A stretch of DNA of 64,000 nt from Naegleria gruberi (lineage: Eukaryota). The position numbers and the translations under genes were made by a program. Numbering within the stretch: position 1 is the stretch's first letter; each line of letters begins with the position of its first letter. The notes under the pieces were generated by a model. That model saw nothing but the letters and a program-made list of their open reading frames with translations. It had not been told where the DNA came from and did not search any database. This document shows, piece by piece, positions 12,138-22,443 of the stretch. The stretch lies in assembly GCA_000004985.1 (NCBI GenBank), contig GG738932.1. One strand, 5' to 3'.

Positions 12138-12966
12138 TTTTTGGATTAAAATACATATTCTATTTAATGTAAACTGACAGTAACAGTTCCATAAAGTATT
12201 TCAAACAAGTAAAATTCCATTAAATACTCAAACATCACAACTAAAATGAATCTTTCCTAATTATTATCATCAAATGGATCCTATCAGCAGTGATGATGAA
12301 TTAACTTTTCAAAATTAAAATAGTATCACTGCAACTTTGTTGATTACTGGTGAGAGGCTAGTTTTGCTTCAGGTTTTCAATCCGAAATTTCTGACAAAAT
12401 TAGTGTATTATGGAAAACAATATGACCAATATGATGAAAAGATGGTGAGTGCTCAGATGATTCATGTCCACCACCCACTTGAAAAATAAATTCTATTTGA
12501 TGATAATAAAAATTACTATTTAGAAGATGATGTAAAAGTTTGGTGCTTTCATGAGGTAAAACCACTCCGAGCATCATGGCCAAATTAGAGAAACCATTTT
12601 TTACTAATTTTAAATTTTCGAAAAAATATTCAACAAAATGTCTCGGTGATTGCCATGCTGATTTTCGGAGTGGTTTTCCATGATTAAACCCCAAGAATTT
12701 CACAGCATCATCTCATCATCATCTAAATAGTAGTAATAATAGTAATTTGTATTGGTGAATTTTCATCATGAAATTGGAAATTATTTTTCATCATGGAAAA
12801 TCACAAGTTGGTGGTTCCATCATCGAATCATTCACAATCATCATCATTATTGTTTTCCATCAAAATAATAATATTATTTGTGGAAATCAATTTTTAGTAA
12901 TGTAACTTTGGTGAAATGTCAAAATTTTCACTAAATTCATCATCACTGCTGAATCTACTGGACAAG

Positions 12967-13260
12967 TTGGAAAACTGTCAATGTAGTATTGTTCGGAATG
13001 GTCAATAGTAGGTAGGAGAACTTTCTCTAATCAATTTTGGTCAAGTTATGATAGGGTTAGCTACATGTTAATTTTGAAAAAGTACATGGACCATAACTCA
13101 ACATGTACTTCACCAACTTGAATCATGTCTTTTAGTACTACATTTAAATAGATAATAAACATCATATTTATTATCAGATTCAGGTTATCATCATGTTGTC
13201 AATTTACCAAGTTCCGATATTTGATACTACCAGAGTTGATTCATGGCCTAATTACAAATC
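12967..13260 (+). repeat. Dispersed ~300-bp repeat, copy 2, preceded by a GATGAT-rich flank from about 12240 to 12960
   Basis: See copy 1. The GATGAT-rich flank resembles 37450-37830 and 38040-38340. Confidence 0.7.
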
Positions 13261-13585
13261 AAACAATAATAAAACAACAATTCATATTGTTTATTATATA
13301 TTAAATGTATAATTTGTGGAAATCATGGATATCCGATATTTTAGAAAATTATCTCTAGCTGTAATTCAACATGAAAGATTTAGAAATAATAAATTGAATA
13401 GAGTGAGAATATATCACTGACAAGCTAACTTCTTCTAACGAATGTTTCTAATCTCTTATTGAATTTAATAGTAAAGTATTACAAATATTAAAAGTAGAAT
13501 TTATTATTTCTAAATCTTTTCAATTAATTGAGATAGAATGTATTTCACAATCAGCTCATTAATTATGTATCTGTAAAATAAATGT

Positions 13586-16500
13586 TTATTGCGAATATTC
13601 ACAATCAGAACCATTGCTAGACAAATTGTCACAATGTCTTTCATCCATCAAATCGACACGAAGAGGAATGACCTGTGATGTCTTACGTTTTGCATGATAG
13701 ACAGACTGAATTGGCAAATTCCTTGATTTTTCTTTTGGAGAAGGCACAGGATCATGAAGTAGACCCACAGGTGTGTGGCCATAGAATGATTCCATCTCCA
13801 CTTCTTGAACTCTTAATGAGAAACTTGAATGAGTATCTGCAACTATTGTCATTTCCTTTTTACGATTCTTTCTAAGCTTAATACATGCAAATATAAGACC
13901 AATAATTATCAATAGGATTATTCCAGAAGCTACAATGGAAATTACAATAGCTTCTACATAGAGATACGAGTGATAAGTTACTACAGTTGTCTCCATAGCA
14001 AAGACATTGGTCAATCTAACGCAGGTACACATTATATGAGTGGCATTTCTATTTTGTATAGTACAATCAGTTCTAATAGTGTTTGGTGATCCATTTCTGA
14101 AATCTCCACAACTAATGATCTTTTCCTTCTCTGCAAATTCCAAATTGGTTAAGGCAATTCCATCAGTAGTATCTTCAGTGATGTTATACGGAATTATATA
14201 GGAAATCTTACTGCCATCTGCTTGGACTGGTAATTCACTAAAGTCAACAGATACAATTGGTGAAATGAGTTTTGCAAAAGTAGCTCTGTTTCCAATTTTC
14301 TTACCATTTTGTAATCTTGAATTGAGAGAAAAGATATCATGCGAGACTGTCAATACTGATATGAAGGGTTTTCTCACAAGAGATGCTGAATTTGGAGTGG
14401 TAAAGAATTTTGATTCAAAAATAACTTTTGTTTTGGAAATTGGATCAAAAATTGATTTTGGAAAATCGTAAAGAGTATTTCTGTTCAATACAGCAGAAAA
14501 GAAAGGACCCTTCTTACTTTTTCCTGCACTTCCAATGGAGGAGCTTCTTGCTTGAAGGGAGGATGATTTCTTGAGTGCAGTGTGCAAATTGTCAGAGTTT
14601 GAGGTTTGGTCAATGACATATTGACGATTGGTAATGTACTTGTAAGCAAATTCTAAACAATTATAAATTAAAACATCAACTCCTCCTGAAATTCTCACCT
14701 CCTGATCAGAAAGTGCATAATTCAAGAATAAATTCAAAGTTGATAATGATTCTGAAATAGTGTTTGTATCTAAATAAGGATAATTAACAAGTAATGAATC
14801 AATAGCAAACGATAACAAGGATAAGTATTCATCACTCATTCCAGCAGTGTTATTTACCACAAACATCATATCTTTCAGAATATTTAACTTGGTTCCTTGA
14901 ATGTTTGAAAAATCTGAAATTGACAATTCACAATGCTTTCCAATCCAACCATCTCTACATTTACATTCACCTGCAACATCCACTCCATTCTGACAAGTAA
15001 TGGAATCACGTCTAGTATTTGCATACGAACTAAATGCTTCTTTCAAGAATACTGAGTCAGTTCTTGAAGTGGAAGCAGATTGATAAACACTCTTACTGAA
15101 ATCACCATCTATGGTGTATTGAATGGATTGAGATTCCCATTGTTGAACAATATTTTGAATTTCAGCAATGTTTTGAACTAATGGCTTGTAAATGGTAACA
15201 TTTGAGAAGGTTGTTGAGAATGCACCAGTGGTCTTGTCAACAATATCAAAGAAACATGTGACAGATGTTCCAGTAAATGGTGCTGGCAGTTTGGTGGAGT
15301 ATACCTCTCCTAAATTATACATTACAATCTTGGATTGAGATCTATCGTCTATAAAACCATATCTATAATCAATATTATTGTCACTTGTCTTGCAATTTTC
15401 ACAATAAAATAAAAAATCAGTTGAAAGAGCTATTCCTTCTTTTGGAGTAACATCACAAGAACAAATTCTAGGAGTAGATGCTACTTGGAATGTATAACTT
15501 GTTTGAGTAGATAAACCAGTGCTGGTATCATAGGTAAAGATACTGAGCGAGTTGACTGAACCTTGTTCAAGATCTGAGCTCTCAATTGAGATGGTATTAG
15601 TTTCAGATTCTACAGTTGAGTGCTGAATAATGGATGACGAGTCGATAATCTTACCATTCAATACCCATGTTGAATTTGAACTATTTGAAACTGTCAATGT
15701 TTGAATTGTGATGAGTTGACCAGGAACAATGACAGGTGAAGAAGGTTCAATACTAACAATATTTACCAATGGAGGAATATGATTAAAGTGAATAGTTGTT
15801 GATTTTTGAATAGATCTTCCATCACTCTTTGTAATTTCCAGATTTAAGACCAAAGAATCAATCCTACTTTCTAACAAATCAGACGAAATTGAAAATTGAA
15901 CTGATTTTGAACTTGATAAACTTTGTAACGTTGACAACAGACCTGGACTTTGATTATTAGATGTCCATTTCCACACCTCAGTCGATTCTTCATTGAAAAT
16001 TGCCTCTGGATCAACAAAATCTATTTGTAAACTGGTCAACTCACTAACAGCTGCAACTTGTAAAATATTCAGTTGTAAATCTGGAGATTTGGTTCTCAAA
16101 GTAACATCTAGAGAAACTTTCTGATTTGCTGTGTAAAATACAGATACTCTAAATATGTAAGTGTTATTTCCAAAAACTGTCAATTTTGGAATGAATAAAT
16201 TGTTAAAAGTGTCAATTGTATATTCAATGACAGGTCCACTCACTTTCGACCATGCAATTTGTACACTGTCTGTTGAAGATTTACATGATGAATCAATAAC
16301 AATCTTCTTTAAAGTTATTGGAAACTCATTCGAATACTTTTCAATAATTGTTTCTCCCTTATACATTGTTAACATTGGAAGTGGTGCAGCAACCTTATTG
16401 AAAATGGATGAAACTGAAAGTGAGCTATTGGTATTAAGGAAATTACTCTTCACTTTAAGTCCAATTCTATATGAATTTGGTGGAACGGATGAATCAAGGG

Positions 16501-19500
16501 TAATTTTTGGTTGATTCGGGAAAGATTCGAATAGTATGTTCATATTTAAATCTAATAGGAACCAATAGAAAGTTAAAGATCTACCATCAAATGAATAACT
16601 GGAAGAACCATCAGCTGTAATGGCATCACATGAACTATATTGATTCACATTTGGCATTGTAATTACTGCATGTGAAAAGTCAACTGTAATCTCTGGAACC
16701 GTAATGACAAGTGAAATGTATTTAGGAGTGGAACGAACCATTATATTTTCAAAAGCCTGAGTATTGATTTGAATTGTGGTTGTTCCAGGTGTGAAATTAA
16801 AATCCAAAGAACCAAATGAAATCATGAAAATGTCATTCTTTTTGTCAGAGTACTGACATTTAACATTCGATTGCTTACTTCCAAAAATAGATAAATCAAG
16901 TGGATTGATAATCTTTTCACAAGGAATTGAATCATTCATCTGTGGAGAATGTAATATAAATGTAACTCCTGTAAAATCTGGTGAAATCAAAGCTGGACCA
17001 ACAATTTTAGTATTACACAATTTACCATAAAAGTTAATTGCACAAAATTCACACTTAGTTCCAGACCAGAAACCTTCTTCATAATTTGAAGAACAGAGGC
17101 ATTGTCCTTCTGAATTACAATCGCCATGATTTGAGCAATTGATATGTCTGTCACAACTATTTAAACTGGAATTCTGATTATTGAATGTTTCATTATTCAG
17201 GTTAGATGTTGTTGAATTTACAGTGCTTTGATTATTTAGAATTGTATTATTGACTGATAATGTCGAATTATTTGTGACATTACTTGAATTACTATAATTG
17301 GAATTTGTATTGTTAGAAATAATTGTTGAATTAATAATTAAAGTGTTGTTTGTGCTGTTAGTGATATTTGATGTTTGATTGACCTGGTTTTGAACTTCAA
17401 TTACTGAACTATTTCCAAAAGTAGTTTGATTGTTAATTAGAGTTTGAATAAGTGTTGAATTTTGATGTTGTGAAATATTTTCTACTGTTGACTGATTGAT
17501 AAATGTGTTATTTGAATCACTTATTGTGTTATTAGAAATTAGTTCTGTAGTATTAGAAGTATTGGAAGTTTCGTTAACAATGGATGAATTATTGGAAACA
17601 ATAGTTTGGGAAGAATTGTTTTGAATTTTTCCATTATTATTGGATTCTGTTGATGTTTCGTTAACAATTTGTGAATTATCCAGAGTTTGATTAGTTTCAA
17701 CAATGCTATTATTCGAAACATTTGTTTCATTCATAAGAATAGTCGTTTCGTTATCAACAACTCCAATTGATGAATTTGTGGTTGTATTCACTTGTTGTGA
17801 AATATTTGAACTATTTCCCATAAAAGTAGAATTAGTAGTGCTGTTCACTGAATTATTTGTTGAATTCACAAATGATTCATTTCCATAATTAGTAGAATTG
17901 GTAATACTGGAATAATTGCTTGTACTATTGCTGTTCATTGAAATATTCAGTAATTGTGTAGAATTACCTAGTGTATTATTATTAGAAACTGATTGCGTTG
18001 TATTCGACAGTGAGTCATTTCCATGAATATTTGTAGTATTGGCAACAGTGGAATTGGAAATTGTTTGTGAAGAATTACTTTCCATTGAGGAATTATTCAG
18101 TACAATCGTAGTATTTGATAAATTTGAAGAATTACCAACTGTAATATTATTAGAAACTTGAGTAGTATTAACTATTGATGAATAATTATTCAATGTGGAA
18201 TTATTTAATACTGTGCTATTGTAAACAGTATTGTTCTTAATCATTGACGAGTTGGAATTAATAATAGTTTGATTGACTGAAACTGAACTGTTTGTAACAA
18301 CAGTTGAATTGGAAGAAACATTAGACGAAACTACTGATTGAGAAGAAATACATTTCGAATCAACAAACGGTGAATAAGGATCCCAATTAGTAAAATTCAT
18401 GAACTGAGTAGTTTCGAATATAGTTACCATCGTTGCCGAATCTGGTATAATCAGAGTTCCATAAATTTTTGAATTCGTAGCTGTCACTTCAGTGGCCAAA
18501 ATATTTCCATGAATTTCAGAATCTTCCTCAATTTGCAATAAACTAACAGACCAATAAACATTATTATAACTTGAACAATTACGAAATTCGAAAGTGACAC
18601 CACGTAAGATTAAATAACCACCAGAAATGTACACATCTTCATATCCATCAATAATAACTTTGGAAGTTAGAACACAATTACTATCCGTGAAATGATAATT
18701 CCTTCCTCCTTTAAGAGTCAAAGAATGAGAAGAACAATCAATTTGAATAGTTGATCCTCTATTCGAAAGTGAACTAAATATCGAATCAAACAAGGACACC
18801 ATCATTCTTCCATAGACATCATGTTCATCTTGCACTGTGGAAGCAGTCACTCTACCTGAAAAATAAGTCTGATAATAAGCCAACTTTCCAGGAAGTGAAA
18901 TTCTGTCCATAATAGAAACGCTACTTGCAGCAACAATCATATTGTAACCTTGGAAAGGATTATAGAACTTTCTTGTTTGATTACAATAGGAAGATGTCCA
19001 TCCAATTGAACAGGTACAAGTGTTAAAGGACCCACAAACACCATGTCCATTACAAACTAAACTGGTATCTGTATTGGAAATTCCAAAACATTGAGTATGT
19101 TCACATGATGAACCATCATAATTGGAATTACAAACACATTGATCAGAATCTGTGCATTGGCCATGTCCAGAACATACTTTTGGATCCAAACGATCCAATC
19201 CAAAACAATTGTAATATTCAGAATATTGACAATAGGCAGAATTCTGATAGGGAGAATCACACACACAAGTATCCCAATTTACACATCGTCCATGTCCATA
19301 ACAAACACTTGGATCATTCGCAGGAATGGAATTACAAGTTGGAGGAACATTTGAGCTACAGTCTTCAAAATAATATCCCAATTCACAAACACAATTATCA
19401 CTCGATACACAAGTTCCATGATCTGAACATACTCCAGATTGTCCTACTAGCTTACCAAAACAATTTGGAGGAATAATTTCACAATAATTACCACTATATC

Positions 19501-21526
19501 CAGAATTACATTGACAATGATCATCTGATAAGCATTTACCATTTCCACTACAAACTGCAGAACTTGTATTTACAATTCCATAACATGAACTTAAAGTTTT
19601 GTGACAGGATGGAGAAAGATAAGGTTGATAAGGATCAAAGCTTGAAAAGTTGTTAAAGACAACTGCATTCGAGAAGCCAGTCAATACGTTTCGAACAATG
19701 ATAGTTCCATAAATATTGGCATTATCTAAGGCTAAAGAGGAAGCAGCAATGAAGAGAATTCCATAAAAATCTCCTGTAATTCTTGTTTGTGTTGTTTGCC
19801 AATAAATATTATTGTAACTTGCACAATTTTTGAAAACAAAGTTGACATTGGAAATGGAAATATCAGAAGTTGCTGAAATTGAAATCAAATCAGGACCATC
19901 AAATGTCATTGTAATTGAATCAAAGGTGCAACTTGACTGTGTTTGATAGTTTAGTCCTCCCTTAAACTCTATATCTTGACCACACACAAAATCAATCTTA
20001 TCAGTTAAAAGGAATTGATTGTAAAAACTATTGGCAGTTGCTATTAATTGAATACTTTTTTCCTTAGATAAACTATTACTATTTAAGGAAGGTACTACAA
20101 ACATTGAATAAATATCTGGATAATAAGAAAAGTAAGCTGGAAATGAAATTGAAGAATAAACATAAAGTCCTGAATCAAAGGATATAAAATTGTAACCCTG
20201 AAATGGATTGTAAACATGTTTGTAATTTTGACACTTATCTCCATACCATCCAATTTCACATGAACAATTATTGTTAGATAGACAAGCACCATGTCCAGAA
20301 CAAACTTGACTATCATCTTTTCCATATCCATAACAAGTTAAACGACAAAAATATTGCTGAACTACATTATCACATAGACACGTGTCTTGTGAAATACAAT
20401 GTCCACCACCTCCGCAAGCATCTGGATGGTCAGGATTAACTCCATTGCAGTCGAAATGTTTAGTCTTACATTCAATACCAGAGTATCCATTGTTGCATTG
20501 ACATTGATCTTGTCCAATGCATTTGCCATGTCCATTGCAAACTGTTTTGGCTGTGGCCAATTTTCCATAACAAATGTTGACTGTAGGTTTTGGACATGAA
20601 GGAGAAAGATGCGATTGATAAGGATCCCAAATAGAAAAGTTACTAAAAGTTACCATTGAACTATCAAGTTGTGAAGTACGACCATACCAAAGAATAACAG
20701 TTCCATGAATGATTGCTTGATTTGGCTCAAAGTCTCTGACCTGAATGATTCCATAAAAATCTCCACTCACCCTCATTGTTGAAAGATACCAATAAATTGT
20801 ATTGTAACTGGCACAATTGAGAAATTTAAAAGTGACATCCTTTACATTCAAATAACTGATCGAAATAAAAACTGGTTCAGATCCATTAAATGTTAATGTT
20901 ACACCATCAAAAACACAATCATCAGGGGTATAGTACCTTTCACCTCCTTGGAAATAGAAATCTTGACCACAAATTAGTGGTTTAAAAAAGGGTGGAGTTC
21001 CAGTGGCAAAGTAATCAAAGACATTGATTGATGTAACTTGCATGACATATGAATGTGTAGAGTAGCTGTCAAATGACTGTTTTAGAGATGTCATAAGAGG
21101 TGGCTGTGGATTATCCGAATAGAAACTTGAAAAATATCCAGGCAGTACAACATCTGAAACTGGAAGTGAGGATTCGAGTGAAATCATACTATATCCTTGA
21201 AATGGATTGTAAACATGTCTGTAATTTTCACACTTATCTCCATACCATCCAATTTCACATGAACAATTATTGAATGACATGCAAGCACCATGTCCAGAAC
21301 ATACAAATGGGGACCATTGTGCATCATATTCACCACCTTCTCCAAAACATGAAGTATATTGACACACGTATCCATGATAATTTTCATGGCATTGACACCT
21401 ATTATCGCTCACACACGTACCATGTCCACTACAAACATTTGGATCTGTGGCTTCTAAATTTCTACAGGTGTGAGCAAATACTAATGTACAAATGACTTGA
21501 ATAAGGAACATCATTGTCATCATCAT
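13586..21526 (-). CDS. Giant type-I transmembrane protein of about 2646 aa. Signal peptide, three tandem [EGF-EGF plus YNPFQGY] modules, further tenascin-type EGF repeats (CxGHGxC), a mucin-like Asn/Ser/Thr-rich N-glycosylated stalk, a cysteine-poor beta-rich region, a GPS-like motif, one TM helix and a cytoplasmic tail.
   Basis: Uninterrupted ORF 13586-21835; the probable start is the Met run MMMTMMFLIQVICTLVFAHT (signal peptide) at 21526. There are at least 15 CSGHG(T/A)C...C.C..G(Y/W).G..C EGF units. A ~550-aa stretch contains hundreds of NxS/T sequons. The C-terminal block is C-x16-C-x11-C-x-C, i.e. CGDFRNGSPNTIRTDCTIQNRNATHIMCTCVRLTNVFAM, and lies about 10 aa before the TM helix AIVISIVASGIILLIIIGLIFACI. 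It matches the GPS consensus C.C.HLT.FA[VM]. Confidence 0.85.
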   Translation of the reverse strand: MMMTMMFLIQVICTLVFAHTCRNLEATDPNVCSGHGTCVSDNRCQCHENYHGYVCQYTSCFGEGGEYDAQWSPFVCSGHGACMSFNNCSCEIGWYGDKCENYRHVYNPFQGYSMISLESSLPVSDVVLPGYFSSFYSDNPQPPLMTSLKQSFDSYSTHSYVMQVTSINVFDYFATGTPPFFKPLICGQDFYFQGGERYYTPDDCVFDGVTLTFNGSEPVFISISYLNVKDVTFKFLNCASYNTIYWYLSTMRVSGDFYGIIQVRDFEPNQAIIHGTVILWYGRTSQLDSSMVTFSNFSIWDPYQSHLSPSCPKPTVNICYGKLATAKTVCNGHGKCIGQDQCQCNNGYSGIECKTKHFDCNGVNPDHPDACGGGGHCISQDTCLCDNVVQQYFCRLTCYGYGKDDSQVCSGHGACLSNNNCSCEIGWYGDKCQNYKHVYNPFQGYNFISFDSGLYVYSSISFPAYFSYYPDIYSMFVVPSLNSNSLSKEKSIQLIATANSFYNQFLLTDKIDFVCGQDIEFKGGLNYQTQSSCTFDSITMTFDGPDLISISATSDISISNVNFVFKNCASYNNIYWQTTQTRITGDFYGILFIAASSLALDNANIYGTIIVRNVLTGFSNAVVFNNFSSFDPYQPYLSPSCHKTLSSCYGIVNTSSAVCSGNGKCLSDDHCQCNSGYSGNYCEIIPPNCFGKLVGQSGVCSDHGTCVSSDNCVCELGYYFEDCSSNVPPTCNSIPANDPSVCYGHGRCVNWDTCVCDSPYQNSAYCQYSEYYNCFGLDRLDPKVCSGHGQCTDSDQCVCNSNYDGSSCEHTQCFGISNTDTSLVCNGHGVCGSFNTCTCSIGWTSSYCNQTRKFYNPFQGYNMIVAASSVSIMDRISLPGKLAYYQTYFSGRVTASTVQDEHDVYGRMMVSLFDSIFSSLSNRGSTIQIDCSSHSLTLKGGRNYHFTDSNCVLTSKVIIDGYEDVYISGGYLILRGVTFEFRNCSSYNNVYWSVSLLQIEEDSEIHGNILATEVTATNSKIYGTLIIPDSATMVTIFETTQFMNFTNWDPYSPFVDSKCISSQSVVSSNVSSNSTVVTNSSVSVNQTIINSNSSMIKNNTVYNSTVLNNSTLNNYSSIVNTTQVSNNITVGNSSNLSNTTIVLNNSSMESNSSQTISNSTVANTTNIHGNDSLSNTTQSVSNNNTLGNSTQLLNISMNSNSTSNYSSITNSTNYGNESFVNSTNNSVNSTTNSTFMGNSSNISQQVNTTTNSSIGVVDNETTILMNETNVSNNSIVETNQTLDNSQIVNETSTESNNNGKIQNNSSQTIVSNNSSIVNETSNTSNTTELISNNTISDSNNTFINQSTVENISQHQNSTLIQTLINNQTTFGNSSVIEVQNQVNQTSNITNSTNNTLIINSTIISNNTNSNYSNSSNVTNNSTLSVNNTILNNQSTVNSTTSNLNNETFNNQNSSLNSCDRHINCSNHGDCNSEGQCLCSSNYEEGFWSGTKCEFCAINFYGKLCNTKIVGPALISPDFTGVTFILHSPQMNDSIPCEKIINPLDLSIFGSKQSNVKCQYSDKKNDIFMISFGSLDFNFTPGTTTIQINTQAFENIMVRSTPKYISLVITVPEITVDFSHAVITMPNVNQYSSCDAITADGSSSYSFDGRSLTFYWFLLDLNMNILFESFPNQPKITLDSSVPPNSYRIGLKVKSNFLNTNSSLSVSSIFNKVAAPLPMLTMYKGETIIEKYSNEFPITLKKIVIDSSCKSSTDSVQIAWSKVSGPVIEYTIDTFNNLFIPKLTVFGNNTYIFRVSVFYTANQKVSLDVTLRTKSPDLQLNILQVAAVSELTSLQIDFVDPEAIFNEESTEVWKWTSNNQSPGLLSTLQSLSSSKSVQFSISSDLLESRIDSLVLNLEITKSDGRSIQKSTTIHFNHIPPLVNIVSIEPSSPVIVPGQLITIQTLTVSNSSNSTWVLNGKIIDSSSIIQHSTVESETNTISIESSDLEQGSVNSLSIFTYDTSTGLSTQTSYTFQVASTPRICSCDVTPKEGIALSTDFLFYCENCKTSDNNIDYRYGFIDDRSQSKIVMYNLGEVYSTKLPAPFTGTSVTCFFDIVDKTTGAFSTTFSNVTIYKPLVQNIAEIQNIVQQWESQSIQYTIDGDFSKSVYQSASTSRTDSVFLKEAFSSYANTRRDSITCQNGVDVAGECKCRDGWIGKHCELSISDFSNIQGTKLNILKDMMFVVNNTAGMSDEYLSLLSFAIDSLLVNYPYLDTNTISESLSTLNLFLNYALSDQEVRISGGVDVLIYNCLEFAYKYITNRQYVIDQTSNSDNLHTALKKSSSLQARSSSIGSAGKSKKGPFFSAVLNRNTLYDFPKSIFDPISKTKVIFESKFFTTPNSASLVRKPFISVLTVSHDIFSLNSRLQNGKKIGNRATFAKLISPIVSVDFSELPVQADGSKISYIIPYNITEDTTDGIALTNLEFAEKEKIISCGDFRNGSPNTIRTDCTIQNRNATHIMCTCVRLTNVFAMETTVVTYHSYLYVEAIVISIVASGIILLIIIGLIFACIKLRKNRKKEMTIVADTHSSFSLRVQEVEMESFYGHTPVGLLHDPVPSPKEKSRNLPIQSVYHAKRKTSQVIPLRVDLMDERHCDNLSSNGSDCEYSQ

Positions 21527-22443
21527 GATGAAAATATTCAAGCCATGTCTTGTTGGTTTTTTCCCATTTTGCAATGATGATTTTGATCGGATAGAAATAT
21601 AATTATTATTATTAGTATTATTATTATTACATTGAGTGTAAAATCCTCTTATTGTTGTTGAAGAATTTAATTTACAATGAGGCGGATGTGTTGAAAATAT
21701 CATTTTCAAACAAATCTCTCTATAATACCTAGTAAAAGATAAAGCCAGTAATTGAATGCTTTTTTTAATGTTATTTAAACTTATATTAACTAAGGAAGAG
21801 ATAGGTGCATTCTTGTAGAGTTGTGTGGCCAACACAGCCCTTAATGAATTGTTCGAATTATTTACTGTTGGATATAAAGAGTTCCGTTCTGCGCATTACA
21901 TTTTGAAGAACTACAATACCGCTTATGAGCAGTAGTAAGGAGGAGATATGCTTGTGAAGTAAATTGTTCTTTTTACACAATCAGAAAAACCATGCTGATG
22001 AAAGGCATGAGACAGATATTGCTTTAGTGTTCATAGGACTGCAGAGTTGATGGTTCTCTGGATCAAATATCATTATGCAACAAGACACGACCTGCCAAAG
22101 AATAATCCTTGTTGAACCCTTAATTGAAGATCCTTGTATATTAAGGAAATTAAAATGACGATTTTGGAGTGAATCATATCTCTGTATTCCCAACCCGTAC
22201 TGCATTTGTACTGTCCTCCTTATTTTGAACATCTGTAAATCACTGTACAGCTTGGGCCACAACAACATTGCATTAAAAAAACAAGCTTATCACTCATCAA
22301 TAATGTGAAGAGAATTTACCAAGCTATTAATTGGTACTTTTTGTAATTTTGTAATATAAATCGATACAATTGAACGATTCCGATCCGTGTTGAAATTTGT
22401 TCTTTACATGAATGTAACAATTAAATTGGCAGACAGCTGTAAG

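Noticed and set aside
12377-12703. 108-aa minus-strand ORF and other small ORFs in the 12.2-13.3 kb and 37.4-38.3 kb regions
   Set aside because: They lie in GATGAT-rich repeat DNA and their composition is driven by the repeat.
13586-21835. Numerous 60-120 aa ORFs on both strands inside the giant gene (for example 14265-14471, 16161-16514, 17539-17888, 19057-19476, 20362-20599, 21274-21495) and the N-terminal 103 aa of its ORF
   Set aside because: These are antisense or alternate-frame shadows of low-complexity coding DNA. The upstream 103 codons before the MMMTMM signal peptide are more likely 5' UTR.
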